Part shown: one piece after another, positions 54,503 to 64,000 of the stretch | Layout of the letters: the number at the start of each line of letters is the position of its first letter | How positions within the stretch are numbered: the first letter of the stretch is position 1 | Made by a program: the position numbers and the translations under genes | Notes under the pieces: model-generated | What the model was told of the DNA's origin: nothing | What the model saw: the letters and a program-made list of their open reading frames with translations, nothing else | Databases searched by the model: none | Assembly (NCBI GenBank): GCA_965285935.1 | Contig: OZ260665.1 | Span: 45,570,001 to 45,634,000 of the forward strand | Direction: 5' to 3' | Source of the DNA: Ophelia neglecta | Taxonomy: Eukaryota | Length of the DNA: 64,000 nt

Positions 54503-55849
54503 TAGGAAACCCATAAACAAAAATGGATCTCCAATTTAAATATACATGACAAAACTTCCACGATAAATAAACTGTACAGGTTAACTCCAATGAAAATGAT
54601 TGCTAATAAAATGAGACAATGTCAAATAATCTTATGAATCTTTAAGTAAGAAAGATCTCTGTTGCAGAATCAGAGAATATGACCGGCATCTTTGACCTAA
54701 AGCTGTGTTCCCTTATGTAGCCAGCAATTAATGCTATTACTATGCGGTCACAAAAATATGCCTGTAACGTAACTCGTAATTTGTGTAGCCCGTAACAGTT
54801 TTTGGTGATTTTCCAGAATCCAGTCTATTAAACATCATTCAAAGGGAAATTTAAGATTTGATTACACTGCTTTCTTCATGAGACACAATGCATGGTGGCA
54901 GTATCAGTCAGACTGAATCAAGACTGACAATTTCTTATTTATCGCCCACAACAGACAGACCACAGATACAAACATCACACACAGATAGTGCTATATTCAT
55001 GATTATTATAAACACTTGTCATTGGTCCACAACATTAGAGAAAATACTTCGGTAAGTTGCGATGTGTACAGTCATTTTTGTTAAAGTTCAGGAACATGAT
55101 GCCAAATTTGGTGACATCTTTCCACCACATGGTGGTGCGGTGGTTATTTTTTTCGGTTCCCGGACTAAAAATATAATGCCTTGAGGCGCGTAAACTTTAT
55201 TCTCAGTCAATTGGAGTCATTTCTCTATTTAATAAATATCATCAGTAGTCATATATTGATTATGTTCAGGCAGATCAACTTTCATAACATCCGATGCCTG
55301 AATGTTTGTTGTTCCAAGACGACCTTAACTGTTAAAATCATTTCTCTGTTGTGTCCTCGGGCAGAGATCAAATACACGACCCTATTGGCTGACTCAAACA
55401 TGAGCACTGATCACACCTGGAACAATACCAGAGCGCACAAATTGAGACCGTTTCAGAAATATACAAAAAGAACTGTCGAATCTTAGATTCGTCGAGGTAT
55501 GAACGTCCTTAAAATTACCCTCGTTGCAATGAATTAAGAGTCTCTCACGAGTGTCCTCGAGTTCTGATTCAGACGGTCCATGAACATGCTTATCGCATAC
55601 ACAAAGTTTATAAAGCAGATGAGATCCTTTAGTAATAATATGATCGGTCACAAGGCCAAACATCAACGGCGAAATACAGTACGACAAGTATGTCACGTGG
55701 TTACCGCGCTGCGACCACGCGACCTTCCAATACGCATGCGTTCCTAGATTTCCAGTTCCGCCGATCCTTGAGGTAGTACGCCTAGACGGAAGCGTCTTGG
55801 CTTGTCGATGGCGAAGGACACCAGGTGGTATATGCCCGTCCTTTTTTCA
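54480..55849 (-). other. ISL1: Islet 3'UTR (~1.37 kb)
   Basis: Runs from the stop codon to an AATAAA plus GU-rich element. Confidence 0.65.
55769..55778 (-). promoter_or_regulatory. Candidate let-7 target site in the Islet 3'UTR
   Basis: mRNA-sense UACUACCUCA is complementary to let-7 nt 1-10 (UGAGGUAGUA), ~70 nt after the stop. Confidence 0.5.
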
Positions 55850-56017
55850 CTATTGGCTCAGGGGACTGGAGAGCTCGGAGGGGGTCCCGGGGAGGGTACA
55901 GTCCGAGCCCACCGAATTGGGCGGGTGGCAGGACATATCCCCCTCCATTCCGTACATAGGAGTTCCTGTGTTGTAGTGTGACTCGGGGGTACCGCAGTGG
56001 TTCTCGAACGCGTTCAC
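55850..56017 (-). CDS. ISL1: Islet terminal coding exon (VNAFENHCGTPESHYNTGTPMYGMEGDMSCHPPNSVGSDCTLPGTPSELSSPLSQ*)
   Basis: Acceptor gttttgttgattgcag|GTG at 56018/56017, phase 0, matching the upstream donor. The join reads ...FQQL|VN..., as in Islet proteins. Ser/Pro-rich tail, 55 codons plus TAG. This frame is not in the ORF track, which shows a different frame at 55782-56057. Confidence 0.85.
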   Translation of the reverse strand: MNAFENHCGTPESHYNTGTPMYGMEGDMSCHPPNSVGSDCTLPGTPSELSSPLSQ

Positions 56018-59000
56018 CTGCAATCAACAAAACGTGGTAGCCATTAGCAAGAGACAATAATATTCACGTTCAACTTGGTATCTTAATTATGAACAAAAAT
56101 GATATAACTTTATTTTGTTAATTTCCAATTTATTGATTTGCCCTCTTAGACAGATTATTTAATGAAATTTATTCTTTAAAAGAAGCCAAATCTGCTCACG
56201 TGCTACCCGCTTGCACCTGACATTTATTATCTCTGATCTAATAGTCATCAAAACAGAAACGAGCCCGAAGACACATGAAGTAGGTTATACTGAACTATTC
56301 ATCTCTATCGTTCGGTTGAATTCGATATGGAAATTAACAAGGATGAACAGGGGAATGTTGTCTTTATCAATGATTAGAAATGATGTAGTCTGATGTAACA
56401 CCAAGGTTTCATTATGCGCTTGAAGCCAACATCGATTTAGGCGTTTGGAATGCACACTGCTGGCATTGATTGGTACCCTGAGAAAGTTTGTCTGAGACAA
56501 GGAACCAAGCGATCCCAGACCCCAAGACAATGGTCGGCGTAATGCCATAGACTAACAGCGCAACACAGGCGATTGACGTGAAAACTGCAGGGTTCAGGCA
56601 GCCTGACCTCCATTAATAATAAATACGATTGTAGTTAACTTTCCCACAAACGGGTTTGATTGAATAGCGAGGATCGAATGCCGGTAACACGAGATACAAG
56701 CCGCCGTTGGAAACTGTAGCGATTTGAAGTGTCAGCCATTTGACACTGGCGATGTCGGGCATAACGCTACAATTGTTATTATCAAGGTTTCAAAGTTGAC
56801 ATCTCGTGACGCAATGCCAAGGCAATGCGCACGCAATCATCCGGTATGTTTGTGTTGTCCGTGGGGCGGGCGGCCATATGAGGGGGGCCAAAGGTCTCGG
56901 GAAGGGTCGGAGAAAGCCGGACCCCGTGAGAATGTAGGGGACATGACACCCAGATCGGGTTCCTGGCACGGCAGGGTGACAGCGACAGGTTTTGTTCACT
57001 ATGGTTATTAGCCACCACTTACATCACACAGTTTAGCTAGACTTGGCAGACAGCGAAATGATTCTTGTTGGAATGGACACCAATAGAAACATGTATTCCC
57101 AACTTATGTCTAACAACTTCAAGGGCAATGAGGCTATTCCAGGAGGCTACAGAAATAATCCCCTTTCGAGAGATCAGAAAGCCTAACCTCACGGACAAGG
57201 CACAAATGCAAATTCGCATGAACTTCGATCTCCTCACCATCCCCTGCCTCGCCCCTCTCAACCCCATGACAGCTTTTTGTCATCTAAAGTAAGATTACAA
57301 TTTCCTTAGTGGGATGGTAGATAATGCAAGTTGGGATGAGTTCAGAAATAGAATCGGTCTAATGGCGTGATAGGTAATGGTGACATACCACAGCACGCCA
57401 AGGCCTATTCAGGGAGGGCTGGCGAGGGGCCATCCTCGCGGAAATAGAGGAAATTGCCGCATTTCTGCGCTATTGCGTAATCTAAGTGGGATTATATCTG
57501 TTGGGCTGCTCATGTGCGCGTCTTGCTGTCGTCTGCTCACGCAAGGTCTTCACCACACTAATGGAACGGGGCGTCAAAATTATTCTAACCACCCCAAGTA
57601 ATTGCCCTCTTCTTATAGCAGGGCAATCTCAGGCGACTCACGGCCTTTGTCTGCGATTGTTTGAAGGCAATCTCTCGTCTTATTGCTTGTGAAATTATCT
57701 TTACGGAGTTAGGCGTCTGGTTGTTGATAAGAAGTCCAGACATGCTGTTTAACTCGTTCACTGGTGGGTTGATCTATGTAAGGTGTCCAAGACAATTAAG
57801 TGTGACGAGGCCTACGTTAAATTATGGACAGCGTCTTGGAAAGCTGGGTTTATGCAATCTGACAACTTCATCAATAGTCAAAGATCTCATTTCCACAACG
57901 CAAAACTAAACTATTCCACCCGATATGTGTGTACGACTCAACCCAAGTCTACATGATATCACCGAGGCACTAATGGAATTAAAAATAATCAATATTTTGA
58001 TGATTCTTCATCGATATGGCTAGTCTCTGATGACAGAAGAAACTAATATTTTGTTAGAACGGCTGTATATGCGAGTCCGTTTAGCAGCTATTTCTCGCTT
58101 GGTTGCAAGTGTTGACGTTGGCTAGTATCTTTAACAGGGGTAGCTGTCAGTTAGCAGACGACAGAAGCAAACTTAGGCAGCCTTTGGCCCCAAACTGCCG
58201 GAGCGGGAAGGCACGGAGGAGTTTTCTTACCAGTCATCGCCGCTCGGCCTGGCTCTTATTAATATGACAAGTTGAGAGTCTGGTTACGAGCGTCTTGATC
58301 TCAGTGGCTGACTCAGCCCTCACCGAATCGCCGCTAGTAAAGGAAGCTTTATTCGAGAAAATAAGACGGCAAAAATATTTGTTTAAGAGGGCTCCGGGGG
58401 CAGTAAATGACAAGTAGATCACAAGGGTGTAGTATACGTGTTCTTGATCAGATAGCTGAGTCCCTCAGGCAGCAGATAACTGAAGATGCTTGGTGTGAAA
58501 GCTAGCCCTGCCGCCCGCGGACACTTCTCACCCCAAGATCACTCTTAGATAGGCCTTCCCCCCAACCCTAGACTCTACTTAGTGTATTCTTTCATCAAAC
58601 TGGGTGTTAACAAACGGTTTTAATGCTTTCAAGTGTTTTAACCGGAAATAGGCCAAGTAGGTCACCAATGGTGTTTAAAGGGGTCACAGTGCTAACAACT
58701 TCCGGTTTGGGGAATGAACGGCAGCAATGTGCAATACAAGTCACCTCAGTTGGAAGGAACACACTTTCATTAACTTATCAACAAATGCAGCAGGGCAATA
58801 GATATATATTTAGTGACAAAATCACGACACTTCTACAATGAAAAAAGTTTAGCGGTAAAACCTCAAGCATTGAAAGCCAGAGAATAGTCCAGTTTCCATA
58901 AGTAATCCAATTTCAGTTTGGTGTTCCTGATCAAGTCTCCTCTCATTCAATTACTAGTCGGCAAATAAGACAGTTGCATAATTAACTTTGAGATGCCAAT

Positions 59001-60379
59001 TCATTGCGGGCCCATAAAACAATCCCGGTTTGACTTTAATCTGTCTTTGAACTGGTGTGGTGGGACAAAGAAAGCGAAGCAATCAGGAGTATTACGGCCG
59101 TCAATACCTTATTCATCACTGTAATTAGATTGGCTTGTTTGGTGTAACCAAGTTGATGACTCAATGATGACCTAAATCGGCCTAGATACAATCGAAAGGC
59201 TTTTGGTCTTCAATCTTTGTCGGAGCGTAGGCAATGACTTGGCAGAAATGACTGCCGATTACCAGCCGACTCGCGCCTCGATTGGCATTGTTCCTGATGT
59301 GAGGAGGGTAAATCACAAACGCGGTGATAAATCCTTTCCCCTTTGCCAACGATCGAAGGGTAACAGATGACCTCCAAAGGATGATCAGCATACTGAGCAC
59401 AAACTACTCTCTTGCTGTCGGGGATTTTACTAAGTACAGGTTTATTTTTACACGATTCAATATTTAATTCGATCTTTGTGTTACTAGCGGTCATTTGACT
59501 CAGGTACGTTTTCTTCTTCTTAAATTATGGTCTATGTTACTTAATCTTTGAATCTCTTGAAAGGTCAACCAAATGTTGACCACATCAAGATGCGCAAATG
59601 TGCTGTCAACGACCTGACCATGCCACCCGAATTAGGGTTTGGCGCCATTCCGGAAACCTGTCCCCGCCGGAAGCCACCACGTCCTTGCCTGTCGTGCGTC
59701 ATTGAGGGAGCATTTAGTGTCTTAGACACCTCGTCCAGATTACAGGGACGCACACAACGCCGTCGTCCCGAAGCTAGCTCTAACAATGGGACTACAGTAT
59801 ATTCTGGCTAACATGTCAGAAGGGGGGTATTTCTAGGTTGACATTTTATTGTTTAAGACAGCAATGGACTATTGAATTCTGTTCCCCCAATAGATGCAGA
59901 TAGAACAAAACGAGCATACAAGCAGGGGTGTCTTAGGCCTATATTGTAAAAAGCATAAGCCTACCAAAGCTACAAACATTAGGAAATTCATTCAGCAGCA
60001 CTTTGTATAAAGCTAGTTGACCCCACAGCTCATAGTCTTCACATTTGCATATCTTGGCACAGAACGCAGGGACTCGGACTCGTTTCTCTGTAGGCTGGAA
60101 CTTTGGGCGGTTTGGGGAGGTGTTCGAGAGAGATAATACAAATGTTTACCGTGTGCCGGCGGGCCCGGGAGTAGGTGGCTAGGACCTTGTGTCAGCGGTC
60201 TCGAAGGGAGGCGGGCCTGGCACGCCGGGGTGGAGGGGGTGCAGTCCCCCCGGCCCGAGATGATGGTGATGGTGGTAGTGGTGGTGGCGGAAGGGTGGGC
60301 CGTGGGGGTGGCCTCCCTTGGACGGTTCGTCCAGGCTCACTACTGTGTCATCATCGCTAGATTCACCAAAGGAGCTCAC
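56018..60379 (-). other. ISL1: Islet last intron (GT-AG, 4362 nt)
   Basis: GTGAGC donor and TTGCAG acceptor join the two phase-0 exons in frame. Confidence 0.8.
60179..60379 (-). CDS. ISL1: Putative alternative Islet C-terminus by read-through of the donor (66 aa, acidic then His/Pro/Gly-rich)
   Basis: The frame stays open past the donor: [68 protein letters not shown]-rich, coding-like composition unlike the neighbouring AT-rich intron. Confidence 0.55.
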   Translation of the reverse strand: MSSFGESSDDDTVVSLDEPSKGGHPHGPPFRHHHYHHHHHLGPGGLHPLHPGVPGPPPFETADTRS

Positions 60380-60535
60380 CAGTTGCTGGAACGGGGGCTG
60401 GTCCAGGTCGCTCTGCATGGCGAACTCGCTGAGAGCCTTCCACGGCGCCTGGTACTGCTGCACTTCAACGGGGTTGGGGTTCATGTTAGGCGGGGGCTCA
60501 TGTCTGACCGGGCTCGACGCTACCATCGGGACGCC
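60380..60535 (-). CDS. ISL1: Islet (ISL1/ISL2/tailup) LIM-homeodomain factor, penultimate coding exon (Lhx3-binding domain / Islet-specific region)
   Basis: Encodes [52 protein letters not shown], very close to the vertebrate ISL1 segment recalled as GTPMVAASPERH...[32 protein letters not shown]. Acceptor tgttgttttcag|GGC at 60536/60535 and donor CTG|gtgagc at 60380/60379. 156 nt, phase 0 at both ends. Confidence 0.95.
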
Positions 60536-63500
60536 CTGAAAACAACAATTATCATATTGAGTACCTTTGATCACCAAGAACATATGGCTTTAAAAAGATA
60601 TCTTAAGCATGCGTGTAATGTTTAGAACGTGAATATTTAGGAAAAATAGTTTTTAATAATATTTATAGTTCTTTAATTGTTGTAAATCAAGATACTGGAA
60701 AGGCAGAAATATATTGTTCTTGCATTTGAAAGCAAAGCAAATTAACACAAACGAAAGCAATACACTGCCTGTAGCAAAGCAAAACCTGCATTCTACCAGA
60801 AAACCTACTGCATGGTCTTAAGTTTAAACTAAAAGCAGAGACAAAAAAGTGTCCAATACCAATGCAGGCCTTTATGGCCTCAGTCTTTGCTGCATATAGA
60901 GTTCACATTAGAAACTGATTGCCACCAAACGTAACATCAAACCTTCCTCGTTTTTATCGCCACATAATAAGATGCAGTCGAGACCTTCATTGAGACAAAA
61001 GAAGGGCAAGCGGAGTCTGCATTCTACATACAATAATTCTTTACGGCGAAAATGGAAGCTTTACTGAATTGAGATCCAGCTTAATTTTCTCCAGACTGCT
61101 GCTAGCCGCTCAGACAATTGAGTCGCTGAGATTTGTGGAAGCTCGGGAAGAACTGTAACGATTGTCACACAAGGACAAACACAGACAGGTGTGCTGATCA
61201 CACGGTATTAGCAAGCCGTTCCTGAACACCATCTGGCGCAATGTGCCGACCCTCGTCACCTCACCGTGTCGTCTGCCCCGCATGTATACAAGGTCGCAAG
61301 AGCAATTTCTTCTAGCATCAAGGAAAACTGATGGATTTCACAATTATAAGTATCCGCACATTAATTTTAAGGTTAGCCTAATGCGAATAAGAGTATGAAT
61401 TTGGCAATGACCGGCTTTAAGAGCTCGCAGCAAAGACCACTGAAGCGTAGACATAGATGAGCGTAGGCCGCATAAAGAGATCGATAAAAACGTGCGAAAC
61501 AGGTCAGGCGACGAGCTTGGTGACTGGAGGTTAATCCTATACACACTGTGTAAATCCCTGAGTCTACTCACTCAGACACGCCGCGGATAAAATGGGACAT
61601 CTTCTCCTTGGCGAGCGAAAACATGTGAACCAACACAAACACCCAGGAAAGGGTATAGTGTGTCGAGGGACAGACCCTCGGATCACATCTTACCCGGAGG
61701 CAAGTAACATCAAACCAGGACACATCATCTCTATTGATTGATCTTAAACGTGCTAGAATAGACACTGATACACCTGTGGATCGGGATTTGGCAGGAGATG
61801 CTGCAAACGCTATAGCCGGCAGATGTTTTCCGGTTGTATGTAGTGATAGGTATTGTGGGATTGAATTGGCTGCCTAGGCTAGGACGATCTGCTCCGATAT
61901 CGGCTGACTCAGACGGGCTACATGCAGACACGGCCGGCTAGACCGATCGATGTCTACTAATCCATCTCCCAATATTACCTCACCTTCAACAACCCCAGAG
62001 CTATAAAGGGGTTTAATGAAAACCCAAGCCAGCTATTCACCAATTTAACGCTTTGGTGGTGAAGGAGGTTGGCGCGGGAAAAAGGAAAAACGAAGGGAAA
62101 GCTAGTTTCAATAAAACATATAGGGCCTATGGCTGGTAGAAAACTTGGCAAGCTGCAGTGCATGGAGAGGAAGATTCAATCCATAAATTGAAATTTTGGC
62201 ACCTTTCATTGATTTGGCGATGAATGAATGGATTTCGCTTCAAGGACTTCGGAGAAGATAGTGGCCTCGGTATTTACAAGAACCAAAAACCGCCAGAGTG
62301 AAAACCACAAAACATATTGTGTCTGTACCCGTTATGATAATCAAAATGGGTCATCTAAGTGAGAATGAATGAACAGCTCTAAACACAAAATGATCCTTAA
62401 ATGACCCTTTGAATTGTCAAAAGGATTGGCACACTGTTCGTTTGACGTTCTGTGGCGAATCGACGTAGTGTAGGGGTACATGATCATCGCTCCAACTTGG
62501 GTGGTTTGTCCGATATATTTGCACAGTTGGACGCAATTGGGCGATATGTTGGCAGACAAAGGGGGAATAAAGGAATCTAAGATCGCCAGTCAGATCATTA
62601 AAGCCGCCGCTAAAATGGACGATGAAAATGGCAACAAAAGATGCATCCAACACGTGTACAGGCCATTTAGGTAGACGGCTTTAACAAGATTAACTCAGAT
62701 TATACACTCAATACTTCCCAGTTCATATAAAACGGCAGCTAAATACATGAATAGCTGTTGACACTGGATATTAAAATAAAGTAAAAGCAATCATTTGCAC
62801 TGCTTTGAGGTGGGTCCCAAATCTGTAAGGCTCAGGCATTGATACTCATATCAAAGAGCTGAACCCTACTGAACAGGAAAAGCGAAGTCTACTGCTTGGA
62901 TTCTGTCCATATTATTTGCCCAAATCATTCAATAAGTAAATTTAGTTCTGATCGCGTTACACGCTACACTGCTTTAGAGAAAGTCGTTGTTGTCCTCAAT
63001 AAAAGAGCTTAGCTACAGGTTGTGACTAATTCCCTAATGTGATATACTGTACTTGCTGGACAACCATTAAAGCCAGATTGACCCTAATAAATCTCAGCAG
63101 GCGTATGCAGCCAAACAGTCAAACGAAACAGTATAATATACCCTTTCTGGTTTTTCTAATATAACCATATTATGATTAAAAGTGGCTCATATAACCTTAA
63201 AATCGTAGCCTGAGTTGCATTTTATCAGTATATAGAACAATGTAGGGATGCTTCTCCGGGTGAAATAGAGGTAGACTTCTCTAATGCTTGTACCATACTG
63301 TGATTGGTCTTGTGAAGCAATGGGGTACACCACGAATGCCAAGTCTGTCCGAATTTCATGCAAGACTCTGTACCGCGGCTTCGTCATGGCATTCTTTCAT
63401 AACGTCCCAGTCGCCTGACATAACATCTGTTCCCAAGTTGGCAAGATGTGAAACGCAGTTGCCCGCGCAAACAAAACGTTTTGACATCGGACATTACTAC

Positions 63501-64000
63501 CGACTATAGGGTTAGGACAATCGTTTTCAAACCCCACAGTTGCAACCGTCTGTTTGCCAGAAGAAATATTTGCCCCCATGTGTAAACCGACATATAAACT
63601 TCTCGGGTTTGTGTACCCCCAGGCTTATTGTAGAGGCTCGCAAGATTTTCATGTATTTTTACTGGCAACACCGCCCCGGTCAGACAGACAGATGGGACTG
63701 TAGAACTCTCCCCTTCCACTACAAGTTGATTATAAAGATTAGGAGTAAGATAAACTTGCTGCTCCGTTGTTAGTTTGGACCTCGTTCCGGTCTCTATTGA
63801 CTTTGATATATGAAAACCGAGACCCTCGGTTTCAGCCAATAATCCCCAAGTCCATATTCATGCCCATATAAAACATGACCGCCAGTATTGTCAAGGTATT
63901 TTATCTGGGTGTCGCTGACTTGATGACAGAAAGATGAAAATCCAACCTTTCAAAATATACTCGAGGTGCACATGGCCAAAGTTATTAAATCACAGAACTG

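Noticed and set aside
55769-55790. let-7 gene on the plus strand
   Set aside because: Only nt 1-10 match and there is no precursor hairpin; interpreted as a target site instead.
55782-56057. ORF-track 91-aa protein
   Set aside because: Wrong frame; it overlaps the Islet terminal exon, which is read in another frame from the acceptor at 56017.
58028-58060. Hammerhead-like CTGATGA..GAAA (similar cores at 12694, 26608, 28832, 47721)
   Set aside because: No proper stem II and/or no UH cleavage triplet closing stem III in any case.
60175-60625. Plus-strand ORFs (61, 131 and 73 aa)
   Set aside because: Antisense shadows of the GC-rich Islet exon.
60600-64000. Islet homeobox/LIM exons or a linker micro-exon
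   Set aside because: No WFQNKRCK or LIM motif found. Candidate donors (~61263, 61568, 61697, 61978) lack a phase-0-compatible exon with Islet similarity.

Overview
Eukaryotic genomic DNA from a non-vertebrate animal; the taxon cannot be fixed from sequence alone. There is one 194-N assembly gap. Only about 0.5 kb is convincingly protein-coding. On the minus strand at the right are the last two coding exons of an Islet (ISL1/2, tailup) LIM-homeobox gene (60535-60380 and 56017-55850) with a ~1.4 kb 3'UTR; the LIM and homeobox exons lie beyond position 64000. On the plus strand at the left is a terminal exon (6986-7089) whose peptide resembles the C-terminus of SCAPER, with a ~2 kb 3'UTR. The two genes are tail-to-tail across a ~45 kb gene desert, consistent with the ancient Islet-Scaper microsyntenic regulatory block. 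Main observations: (1) an in-frame His/Pro-rich alternative Islet C-terminus in the start of the last intron, followed by a second splice donor 29 nt after its stop; (2) a 10-nt perfect let-7 complement in the Islet 3'UTR; (3) a sharp CpG-poor to CpG-normal switch at ~9.5 kb; (4) a 23-bp minisatellite whose two variants are the two CpG-deamination products of one palindrome; (5) a 28-bp satellite with a nascent 56-bp higher-order repeat. The rest is MITE/LINE debris and candidate enhancer islands. Most ORFs in the supplied track are spurious. Protein identifications rest on recalled family sequences, not on a database search.
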